NCBI GenBank assembly: GCA_964618415.1
Contig: CAZUAT010000001.1
Coordinates: 63,957 to 127,956, forward strand
Direction of reading: 5' to 3'
Source: an uncultured Thermoanaerobaculia bacterium
GTDB lineage: Bacteria > Acidobacteriota > Thermoanaerobaculia > Multivoradales > JAGPDF01
Length of the DNA stretch: 64,000 nt
The notes beneath the pieces were generated by a model. The model had not been told where the DNA came from, ran no database searches, and worked only from the letters and a program-made list of their open reading frames with translations. Every line of letters begins with the position of its first letter. Positions within the stretch are counted from its first letter, which is position 1. Positions 56,901 through 64,000 of this stretch are shown in pieces. Both the position numbers and the translations under genes were made by a program.

Positions 56901-59900
56901 GACGACGCGCGGCCGCATCTCGCCGTCCCGCTCGAACTCCGGTTCGAGAGTCCGTCGGTCGCCGTCGGCGGCACCGCCCGGCTGTTCGTGCACTCCGGCC
57001 TGCCGGGTCAAACGATCGTCCTCGAGCGGCTGCGCGGCAGTGAGGTCCAGGAGCGGCGGACGCTGACCGCCGGCCGCGATCCGGTCTGGATCGAGTGGCC
57101 GGTCGCGCGGACCGACCGCGGCGGCTTCGGCGTGCGCGCCACCGTGCTCGCCGACCACCAGGCCGTCTCGCGCTCAACCTCCATCGCCGTGCCGTGGGAC
57201 GACCGGGGGCTCACGGTCGAGCTCACCAGCTTCCGCGACAAGCTCGAACCGGGGGCGAGCGAAACGTTCCGAGTTGCCGTGCGGGACCACCGCGGCCGTC
57301 CGCTGGGCGCCGGTGCTGCCGAGCTGCTCGCTTCGATGTACGACCGCAGCCTCGACTACTTCCGCCCGTTCGCGGCCCCCCGCCCCTCGGCGCTCTATCC
57401 GGCGTTCGGCGCCCCCAGCGCGCTGGCACACGCACTGGCCGGAGCCGGCGCCGTCTGGCAAGACGCGGAGGACTGGGGGCGGTGGGCCTCGGCGCCTGTC
57501 TTCTCGGCCGACGCCTTCGTCGGCATCCACCCGTACGGGATCGGCGGTCCGGGCTTCGGCGTCCAGCGAATGATGAAGGGTGCGGTCGTGATGGAAAGTG
57601 GCGCGGCCCCGCCGATGCCGGCCGCTGCGCCTGCACCGCAGGTGCGGGCCGAGGCGTCCGCCGACGAGAGCAGGCGAGATCAGCTCCAGTCGGTCGGCTA
57701 TCTCGCGGGGAACGCGGATGCGGCGACCCTCACAGCGCCGGGCACGACGGCCCCGGCCGAAATCACTGCCCGCGCCGACTTCTCCGAGACCGCCTTCTGG
57801 CAACCGCATCTGGTCACCGACGCAGAAGGCACGGCGGCGATCGAGTTCCGGGTCCCCGAGTCGCTGACCTCCTGGAAGCTCTGGGTGGCGGCGGTCACCC
57901 GTGACCTCGCCTCCGGCTACGTCGAGCAGGAGATCCGCACCGCCAAGGACCTGATGGTCCGGCCCTACCTGCCGCGCTTCCTGCGCGAGGGGGACCGCGC
58001 CGAGATCCGGGTCGCGATCGACAACGCCTCGGAGGCAAAGCTCGCGGGCGAGGTTCGCTTTCGCATCGAGGACCCCGAGTCGAAGGCCGACCTCTCCGCC
58101 GACTTCGGCCTGCCCGCCGGCGGCGGCACCGCGAAGTTCGCCGCCGAGGCCGGGCGGGGGACGACGGTCGTCTTCCCGGTCGCGGCGCCGGCGGGCGTGC
58201 GCCCGCTCGCGATCCGCGTCGAGGCGCGCGCCGGAACGCTCGCGGACGGCGAACTGCGGCCGGTTCCGGTGCTGCCGTCGCGGATCCGCCTCGCGCAGTC
58301 GCGCTTCGCGGCGCTCACCGGCGGTGAGCGGCGCGAGCTCACCTTCGACGACCTCGCCGCCGAGGACCCGACCCGCATCGACGAGCGGATGGTCGTCACC
58401 GTCGACGGCCAGCTCTTCTACGGCCTGCTCGACGCCCTCCCGTATCTCGTCGAGTACCCCTACGAGTGCACCGAGCAGACGCTCAACCGGTTCGTTTCGG
58501 CCGGCGTGCTCGCCTCGATGTTCGATCGCTACCCCGGGCTCCAGTCGATGGCCGCCGAGCTCGCGAAGCGCGACACCCGCTGGGAGCGCTTCGACGCCGC
58601 CGATCCCAACCGCCGGATGGCCCTCGAAGAGACGCCGTGGCTCCGGCAGGCGCGCGGCGGCGCGGGCGAGGACGACCAGGCGCTGCTGCGCATCCTCGAC
58701 CCGAAGGTCGCCCGCGCCGTGCGCGCCGAGGCGCTCGCCAAGCTCGAGAAGGCGCAGCTGCCGTCGGGCGCCTTCCCCTGGTTCCCGGGCGGGCCGCCGT
58801 CGCCGTACATGACCCTCTACCTGATGTACGGCTTGGGGCGCGCCAGCGAGTTCGGCGTCGAGGTGCCCGAGCGGATGGTGCGCCGCGGCTGGACCTTCCT
58901 CGCGCAGGAGATCGAGCGCGACTGGTGGAAGCACGCGATCGAAGAGGACTGCTGCTGGGAGCTGCTGACCTTCGCCAACTACGTCGCCTCCACCTACCAG
59001 GATCCGAAGTGGATGGAGTCGGTGCTGCCGGTCAAGCGCCGGCGCGAGATCCTCGACTTCTCGTTCAAGCACTGGAAGCAGCACTCGCCGATGCTCAAGC
59101 TCCAGCTGGCGCTCACCCTCACCCGGATGGAGCGGCCGCAGGACGCCCGGCTCGTGCTGGCGAGCGTCATGGACTCGTCGAGGACCGACCGCGATCTCGG
59201 CACCTACTGGGCGCCCGAGGACCGCGCCTGGCTCTGGTACAACGACACGATCGAAACCCACGCGTGGGCGCTGCGCGCGCTCTCCGAGGTGGCGCCCGAG
59301 GACGCCCGCGACAAGGGGCTCGTCCAGTGGCTCTTCCTGAACAAGAAGCTCGGCCACTGGAAGTCGACCCGCGCCACCGCCGAGGTCCTCTTCTCGGTCG
59401 CTGGCTGGCTGCAGAAGAAGGAGCTGCTCGGGGCGCGCGAGGAGCTCGCGGTCACCTTCGGCGGCCGCACGACGCCGTTTGTCTTCGAGCCGGATCGTTA
59501 CACAGGCAAGAAGAACCAGATCGTGCTCGAGGGCAACGAGATCGTCCCGGAGCGCGACGCGACGATCGTGGTCGAGCAGAAGACCGACGGCTTCGCCTTC
59601 GCCTCGGCGACTTGGCACTTCTCGACCGAACAGCTGCCGCCCGAAGCCCGCGGCGATCTGTTTCAGGTCGAACGCCGCTGGTACCGGCGGGTCAAGCAGG
59701 GGAGCGAGACAACCCTGGAGCCGATCGCCGAGGGGGCGCGCCTCGCAGTGGGCGACGAGCTCGAGGTGCAGCTGTCGATCCGGGCGAAGGCGGCCGCCGA
59801 GTACGTCCACCTGCGCGATCCACGCGCCGCCGGGCTCGAGCCGGATCGGTCCAACTCGGGCTGGCGCTGGGATCTGGGCATCGCCTGGTACGAGGAGGTG

Positions 59901-60110
59901 CGCGACTCGGGCACCAACTTCTTCTTCGAATGGCTGCCGGCCGGCGAATACACGCTGAAGTACCGCGTCCGCGCCGCCACCGCCGGCGAGTTCCGGGTGG
60001 CGCCGGCCGAACTCCAGTCGATGTACGCGCCGGAGTTCGTCGCCTACTCAGCCGGCGCCCGCCTCGCCATCGCACCGGTTCGCGCGGCGATAGAATCGCC
60101 CGCACCATGA
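53976..60110 (+). CDS. Bacterial alpha-2-macroglobulin family lipoprotein with thioester motif
   Basis: 2044 aa. Lipobox LVALAC. Thioester CTEQ (codons 58467-58478, [13 protein letters not shown]). Multiple MG-like beta domains. Receptor-binding-like C-terminus. Confidence 0.92.
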   Translation: MSPQSPLRRRARASRLVSLLAPVLVALVALACRPAAATDPLPGEDPPMTGRATWSEVDRLIDEQKLAEAAKLLDRLETAAREGQNDQELASVLVRQTQIGLALGGYETAVEALRAKAWPEEPLARATVELYDAHALLGYLGAYGWEIRQREKVVSGAAQDLKLWTADQIVAEADRAFARVWAQRDRLGELAPDALAELRPNDYPDRIRPTLRDAVAYLWAERLADSAHWSADESAELWKLDRDALADGRTVEPTPERLADDALHPLVRLAALLGDLERWHRGRREPGAALEARLERFRHLLQAYSEPQDRAALAAALERSLAEFRAHPWWSMGMALLAETTDGFDAPEARIRARALAVEGEQAYPNSPGARHCRVVRERIDAPAYALQAMAIDAADRRSVEITHRNLQQLHLRAYRLPDERFEAQPVRWTGWNDERVSAVLRGTPEASWSVTLPPTPDFRDHRTFTTPPLTARGRYLVVASAEPGFRRNNNSRQAVELRLSDLVLLRDPAFGQAPGADSVRVLSGSTGAPVAGAEATLYRWRWEQKPERVETRTSDAGGLVRFALPPGGDGRGIAVVVRHGEDEAVWSQGYWWRPPSPPGASSAALVFTDRAIYRPGQKLLWKILAYEGEAAKGSFRAVGDRSHVVELLDPNGEVVATGEARTNDFGTAAGELEIPSGRLLGNWTLRTSANGRTSISVEEYKRPTFELTLDAPVGEPRLNRPLDVPGDARYYFGLPVASGTVSWRVVRAPMWEWARHGGWWWRPPAPPRTIASGSTEVDAEGKFAVRFTPEADERERDACGCYRFTVEAELTDEGGETRSASRSIAVGWVGVTLAVDGDPFLLGPESPRAWTVRRRSLDGEARPGATSWRLVELAQPERAPLPAELPRPVEPDRERWATAGDRLRPRWDTGIDSAELLAGWSSGPEVARGTLTHGEDGAGQLPLTDLAAGAYRLIAETRDTHGEVFTLERSFVVVDDARPHLAVPLELRFESPSVAVGGTARLFVHSGLPGQTIVLERLRGSEVQERRTLTAGRDPVWIEWPVARTDRGGFGVRATVLADHQAVSRSTSIAVPWDDRGLTVELTSFRDKLEPGASETFRVAVRDHRGRPLGAGAAELLASMYDRSLDYFRPFAAPRPSALYPAFGAPSALAHALAGAGAVWQDAEDWGRWASAPVFSADAFVGIHPYGIGGPGFGVQRMMKGAVVMESGAAPPMPAAAPAPQVRAEASADESRRDQLQSVGYLAGNADAATLTAPGTTAPAEITARADFSETAFWQPHLVTDAEGTAAIEFRVPESLTSWKLWVAAVTRDLASGYVEQEIRTAKDLMVRPYLPRFLREGDRAEIRVAIDNASEAKLAGEVRFRIEDPESKADLSADFGLPAGGGTAKFAAEAGRGTTVVFPVAAPAGVRPLAIRVEARAGTLADGELRPVPVLPSRIRLAQSRFAALTGGERRELTFDDLAAEDPTRIDERMVVTVDGQLFYGLLDALPYLVEYPYECTEQTLNRFVSAGVLASMFDRYPGLQSMAAELAKRDTRWERFDAADPNRRMALEETPWLRQARGGAGEDDQALLRILDPKVARAVRAEALAKLEKAQLPSGAFPWFPGGPPSPYMTLYLMYGLGRASEFGVEVPERMVRRGWTFLAQEIERDWWKHAIEEDCCWELLTFANYVASTYQDPKWMESVLPVKRRREILDFSFKHWKQHSPMLKLQLALTLTRMERPQDARLVLASVMDSSRTDRDLGTYWAPEDRAWLWYNDTIETHAWALRALSEVAPEDARDKGLVQWLFLNKKLGHWKSTRATAEVLFSVAGWLQKKELLGAREELAVTFGGRTTPFVFEPDRYTGKKNQIVLEGNEIVPERDATIVVEQKTDGFAFASATWHFSTEQLPPEARGDLFQVERRWYRRVKQGSETTLEPIAEGARLAVGDELEVQLSIRAKAAAEYVHLRDPRAAGLEPDRSNSGWRWDLGIAWYEEVRDSGTNFFFEWLPAGEYTLKYRVRAATAGEFRVAPAELQSMYAPEFVAYSAGARLAIAPVRAAIESPAP

Positions 60111-61087
60111 CCAAGCCCTTGCGCATCGCCATCACCGGCGCGGCCGGCAACATCGGCTACGCCCTCGCCTTCCGTCTGGCCGCCGGCAATCTCGCTGGCC
60201 CGGACCGCCCCGTCGTCCTCCAGCTGCTCGAGATTCCGCCCGCTCTGTCGGCCCTGGAGGGGGTTGCCATGGAGCTGCGCGACTGCGCCTTCCCGCTGCT
60301 CGACGGCGTCGTCACCACTTCCGACGCCCAAACCGCCTTTGACGGCGCCGACGTCTGCTTTCTGGTCGGCGCCAAGCCGCGCGGGCCGGGCATGGAGCGC
60401 AAGGACCTGCTGGCCGAGAACGGCAAGATCTTCGGGCCGCAGGGGCGAGCGATCGCCGCGCGGGCCGCCAAGGACGTCCGCGTTCTCGTCGTGGGCAACC
60501 CGGCCAACACCAATGCGCTCATTGCCGCCTCGAACGCCAAGGGGCTCGATCCGCGTCAGTTCCACGCCATGACCCGCCTCGACCACAACCGGGCGATCTC
60601 GCAGCTGGCCGAGCAGACCGGCAGCCACCCGCGCGACGTCCACCGGATGACGATCTGGGGCAACCACTCGTCGACCCAGGTGCCCGACATCGCGCACGCG
60701 ACGGTCGGCGGCAAGCCGGCGCCGTCGCTGGTGGACACCGCGTGGACGAACGACGTCTTCGTGCCTACGGTGCAGCAGCGCGGCGCCGCGATCATCAAGG
60801 CGCGCGGCGCCTCGTCGGCCGCCTCGGCGGCCTCGTCGGCGATCGACCACGTGCGCGACTGGCTGCTGGGCAGCCGCGACGGCGACTGGGTCTCGATGGC
60901 AGTGCCCTCGGACGGGAGCTACGGCATCGCCCCCGGCGTCGTCTACAGCTACCCCTGCGTCTGCAAGGGTGGCGACTTCGAGATCGTCCAGGGGCTCGAG
61001 ATCGCCCCCGCGACGCGCGAGAAGATGGCCGCCTCAGAGGGCGAACTGCGCGAAGAGCGCGCCGCCGTCGAGAGCCTGCTCGCCTGA
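60107..61087 (+). CDS. mdh: Malate dehydrogenase (LDH-like, about 327-aa class)
   Basis: ATG 60107 overlaps the A2M stop (ATGA). [23 protein letters not shown]-binding motif. 326 aa. Confidence 0.93.
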   Translation: MTKPLRIAITGAAGNIGYALAFRLAAGNLAGPDRPVVLQLLEIPPALSALEGVAMELRDCAFPLLDGVVTTSDAQTAFDGADVCFLVGAKPRGPGMERKDLLAENGKIFGPQGRAIAARAAKDVRVLVVGNPANTNALIAASNAKGLDPRQFHAMTRLDHNRAISQLAEQTGSHPRDVHRMTIWGNHSSTQVPDIAHATVGGKPAPSLVDTAWTNDVFVPTVQQRGAAIIKARGASSAASAASSAIDHVRDWLLGSRDGDWVSMAVPSDGSYGIAPGVVYSYPCVCKGGDFEIVQGLEIAPATREKMAASEGELREERAAVESLLA

Positions 61088-61115
61088 GCGGCCGCGCCTG
61101 CCTGACCTGCGCGCC

Positions 61116-61634
61116 GTGAACGCTGCCATCCGGTCCGGCAGGCCCGGTGATGCGGCGGCGGTGGCCGCCTGCATCGACCAGGTCGCCCGCGAGCGCCGCT
61201 ACCTGGCCGTCGTCGAGGGCTTCACGGCGGAGGAAACCGAGCGTTTCCTGGCCCGCCTCGTCGATGCGGGCGGGGTGCATCTGGTCGCCGAATGGAACGA
61301 TGAGATCGTCGCCACCTGCGACATCGCTCCGATCGCCATGGAAGGGATGCGCCACGTCGGCCGGCTGGGCATCGCTGTCCTGGCGACCTGGCGCGGGCGC
61401 GGCATCGGCCGCCGGCTGCTGCGCGAGGCGGTCGACCGCGCGTTCGCCAGCGGGCTCGCCCGCGTCGAACTCGAGGTATTCGCCTCCAACACTGCCGCCA
61501 TCCGCCTCTACGAGTCCGAAGGCTTCCGCCTCGAAGGCCGCCGACGCTGCGCCCGTCGGCTCGACGGAGTGGAGGACGACCTGCTGATCTACGGCCTGCT
61601 GGCCGACGAACCCCGACCGCCCGCCTCGTCCTGA
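61116..61634 (+). CDS. GNAT-family N-acetyltransferase
   Basis: GTG 61116. Acetyl-CoA motif WRGRGIGRRLL. NTAAIRLYESEGFRLEG. Confidence 0.85.
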   Translation: MNAAIRSGRPGDAAAVAACIDQVARERRYLAVVEGFTAEETERFLARLVDAGGVHLVAEWNDEIVATCDIAPIAMEGMRHVGRLGIAVLATWRGRGIGRRLLREAVDRAFASGLARVELEVFASNTAAIRLYESEGFRLEGRRRCARRLDGVEDDLLIYGLLADEPRPPASS

Positions 61635-61945
61635 CGCTCCAGCCGCACCGCCAGAGGGGCCGAGCCGAGCAGGCCCAGGATCATCGTGGTCAGGTTGGTG
61701 ACGTTGCGCACCTGAAAACGGAGTTCGTCGCCGGCGGCGACGTGGAGCGACCTGGTGGTCCACAGCAGAGTGTTGCTGGCGCGCAGGCGGTGGTGGCCGG
61801 GCTCGATCTCACGCGTGACGGCCTCGCCCGGGGCCAGTTCCGCGATCGGTTCGCCGTCGAGTTTGAGGGAGATGAGGTAGCGATCGCCCAGATCGCCGGG
61901 CGGCGCACGTTCTATGGTCAGCCGCGCGGGAAGGGAGGCAGGCAC
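61589..61945 (-). CDS. Hypothetical small protein with C-terminal hydrophobic helix
   Basis: 118 aa, GTG start without SD. Non-shadow-like composition (LISLKLDGEPIAELAPGEAVTREIEPGHHRLRASN). Helix TTMILGLLGSAPLAV. 3' end overlaps the GNAT 3' end by 46 nt. Confidence 0.35.
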   Translation of the reverse strand: MPASLPARLTIERAPPGDLGDRYLISLKLDGEPIAELAPGEAVTREIEPGHHRLRASNTLLWTTRSLHVAAGDELRFQVRNVTNLTTMILGLLGSAPLAVRLERQDEAGGRGSSASRP

Positions 61946-62004
61946 GCGGGGTATTGTCTCGCGAATGCGTCGCCGTCGCGACGCCCGGCGAACGGAGTGT
62001 GCGC

Positions 62005-62403
62005 ATGAGCGAGACCGAGCCGTCGAAGCCCACCCTGAGTCGGATCGGCCAGCTGGCGATCCCGGTAGCCGACCTGGAGCGGTCGGTCGCCTTCTACCGG
62101 GACGTGCTCGGGATGACGCTGCGCCATCGGTCGGGGACCGAGCTGGCGTTCTTCGACTGCTCCGGAGTTCTGCTGATGCTCGACCAGCCGGCCTGGCGGC
62201 GCGGCAATCGGTTCGGCAGCATCGTCTACTTCACGGTCGACAACCTTGCGACGACCTTCGTTCAGCTGGCCGAGGCAGGAGTCGCGTTCGAGGGGCCGCC
62301 GCGCGCGGTGGCCAGGCTGGCCGACCGCGAAATCTGGATGGCGTTCTTGCGCGACCCTGACGGCAGTCTCATCGGGCTGATGTCGGAGGTCGCACCGGAC
62401 TAG
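62005..62403 (+). CDS. VOC/glyoxalase-family protein
   Basis: ATG 62005 with GGAG 7 nt upstream. 132 aa. IGQLAIPVADLERSVAFYRDVLGM. Confidence 0.85.
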   Translation: MSETEPSKPTLSRIGQLAIPVADLERSVAFYRDVLGMTLRHRSGTELAFFDCSGVLLMLDQPAWRRGNRFGSIVYFTVDNLATTFVQLAEAGVAFEGPPRAVARLADREIWMAFLRDPDGSLIGLMSEVAPD

Positions 62404-64000
62404 CGACCGCGATCCAGCCGCGCACGGCGTTGACCAGGCGGACCCGATGCGCCCGGCGCAGATCCTCCGGCCGCAGCGGTGCCTCGATCGCCTGCCCACT
62501 GCGCAGCAGATGCTCGCGAAACACTCCCGGCAGCAGGCCCGACTCGAGCGGCGGGGTCACCCACGGATCACCGGTGAACTGAACCATCAGGCTGGTCCGC
62601 GTCCCCTCGGTCAGCTCTCCGGCGGAGTTGACGAGGAGGAGTTCGTCGATGCCCGGTCCTGCCGCGCGAAGCGCCTGCTCGTACGGCTCGCGCAGCGAGG
62701 TCTTGTGGAAAGCGAGCATCCCCTCCGGCGCCGAGCCTGGTGGACCGATCGCGACCGTCCAGGCGCCACCCCGCTCGACGTACGGTTCGACCTCCCAGCG
62801 CTGGGAGCCATCCCGCCCGAGCAGCAGCCGCACGCGCAGGTCGACCTCCGAACGCGCTGCGCAGACCGCCTCCAGCTCGCCGCGGACCTGCGCCGCAAAC
62901 TGTTCGTTGTCGGGTAACGGAAAGTCGAAATGGCGAGCTGAAGTGCAGAGCCGTTCGAGGTGCAGATCGAGCAGAGCGACCCCCGGAGGTTGGCGGCCGC
63001 CTCGCCAGCGCATCGTCTCGATCAGCTCGAAGTCGGGCGGCGGACCGTCGAGCACTCGCGCCTTGGCCAGGCACTCGCGCCACTCTTCGGCCGGGTCGGA
63101 GTCCCACGTGATGCCGGCCCCGACGCCATAGCGCCATCGCCCGGCCTCGCGGTCGATCTCCACGGTTCGAATGGCGACCGAGAACCGGGCGTCCCCACCC
63201 GGTTCGATGCGTCCGATCGCTCCGCAGTAGACCCCGCGTGGTTCGCCCTCCAGCTCCCGGATGAACCGGCTGGTCGCCGCCTTGGGGGCGCCCGTGATCG
63301 ACGCGCAGGGAAACAGGGCGCGAAAAAGTTCCGTGAGGCTGGCGGCCGAGCGGGCCGTCACCGTGGAGGTCAACTGCCAGACCGTCGGGTAGCGCTCGAC
63401 CTCGAACGCCCGCGCCACGACCACCGAGCCGGGCGTCGCCACGCGCCCCAGGTCGTTGCGGATCAGATCCACGATCATCAGGTTCTCGGCCCGGTCCTTG
63501 GGCGAGGCCGCCAGGTCGGCGGCGCGGCCGGCGTCCTCGCGGGGGAATCGCCCGCGCGGGCGCGTGCCCTTCATCGGCCGCATCACCAGCTGGCCGTCCC
63601 GGCGCTCGAAGAACAACTCCGGCGACAGCGACAGGATCGCGAACCGGTCTCCCTCCAGCCAGGCCGCATAGGGCGCCTCGCCCGGGGCGAGCAGCTCCAC
63701 CAGCAACTGCTCGCCGGAGGCGGAGGCGCCGAGCCGACCGCACAGGGGGAACGAGAAGTTGACCTGGTAAGTCTCGCCGGCTGCGATCGCGGCGCGAATA
63801 GCGGCCACCGCCGCGTCGAACGCTTGCCGGTCGACCCTCGCCGAGCGGTCGGCAAAGCGCGCCGGACGGTTCGGCGCCGCAATCGAGCGCGTCGAAGGCA
63901 CCGTCCAGACCTCGGGCGCGCGGAAGGTCGAGAAGGCCGCCAGCGGCGTCGCGCCGCGCGCCGGTGGGTGAGCGACGAGCGCGTCGTCGAACGCGGGTGC
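62369..64000 (-). CDS. pabB: Bifunctional aminodeoxychorismate synthase component I / class IV aminotransferase (PabB-PabC fusion); 5' end outside window
   Basis: Chorismate-binding blocks (ITGAPKAATSRFIRELEGEPRGVYCGAIG) followed by an ADC-lyase-like domain (FHKTSLREPY, NSAGELTEGTRTSL). The frame is open from 63901 to the window end. Confidence 0.85.
   Translation of the reverse strand, partial: APAFDDALVAHPPARGATPLAAFSTFRAPEVWTVPSTRSIAAPNRPARFADRSARVDRQAFDAAVAAIRAAIAAGETYQVNFSFPLCGRLGASASGEQLLVELLAPGEAPYAAWLEGDRFAILSLSPELFFERRDGQLVMRPMKGTRPRGRFPREDAGRAADLAASPKDRAENLMIVDLIRNDLGRVATPGSVVVARAFEVERYPTVWQLTSTVTARSAASLTELFRALFPCASITGAPKAATSRFIRELEGEPRGVYCGAIGRIEPGGDARFSVAIRTVEIDREAGRWRYGVGAGITWDSDPAEEWRECLAKARVLDGPPPDFELIETMRWRGGRQPPGVALLDLHLERLCTSARHFDFPLPDNEQFAAQVRGELEAVCAARSEVDLRVRLLLGRDGSQRWEVEPYVERGGAWTVAIGPPGSAPEGMLAFHKTSLREPYEQALRAAGPGIDELLLVNSAGELTEGTRTSLMVQFTGDPWVTPPLESGLLPGVFREHLLRSGQAIEAPLRPEDLRRAHRVRLVNAVRGWIAVASPVRPPTSAR

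Overview
This is a very GC-rich (about 70% G+C by eye, not computed), gene-dense bacterial chromosomal segment. I count about 60 protein genes and see no rRNA, tRNA, CRISPR array, transposase, integrase or phage genes. It reads as core genome of a diderm bacterium, possibly Acidobacteriota-like; that guess is inference from gene content only.

Gene content, left to right:
- A membrane histidine kinase (5' end outside the window) with a sigma-54-type response regulator.
- rpmE and prfA, then an inverted lrp-eamA pair, then prmC-murA-HIT-slt, then ogt.
- A nine-gene minus-strand glycan operon: M23 peptidase, GHMP kinase, wzm, wzt, four glycosyltransferases and a PEGA protein.
- An ECF sigma / RsrA-like ZAS anti-sigma / SxxC TlpA-like operon.
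- Split ADP-heptose genes (hldA-like, hldC-like) with a GT9 heptosyltransferase.
- An orphan pilB, an acyltransferase, a PduO-type adenosyltransferase, a lipoprotein and a DUF1232 protein.
- A 13-gene Alternative Complex III (actABCDEF) - SCO1 - caa3 oxidase (ctaCDEF) respiratory cluster.
- An esterase.
- A second ECF sigma / anti-sigma / S8 subtilase operon, divergent from a cupredoxin lipoprotein pair.
- A MacAB-like efflux operon.
- A 2044-aa thioester alpha-2-macroglobulin coupled to mdh.
- GNAT and VOC genes and a partial pabB-pabC fusion.

Many long ORFs in the track are GC-driven shadow frames or out-of-frame upstream extensions. I trimmed the starts accordingly.

I did not find a clear-cut unknown system. 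The most promising leads are:
- the ECF / anti-sigma / subtilase module, whose anti-sigma domain looks like a protease propeptide;
- the tightly coupled glycan operon headed by a GHMP kinase;
- recurring ECF-type (GAAC...CGT) promoter motifs and leaderless (TAnnnT-N6-ATG) start architectures.

All promoter, operator and terminator calls are from motif reading only.
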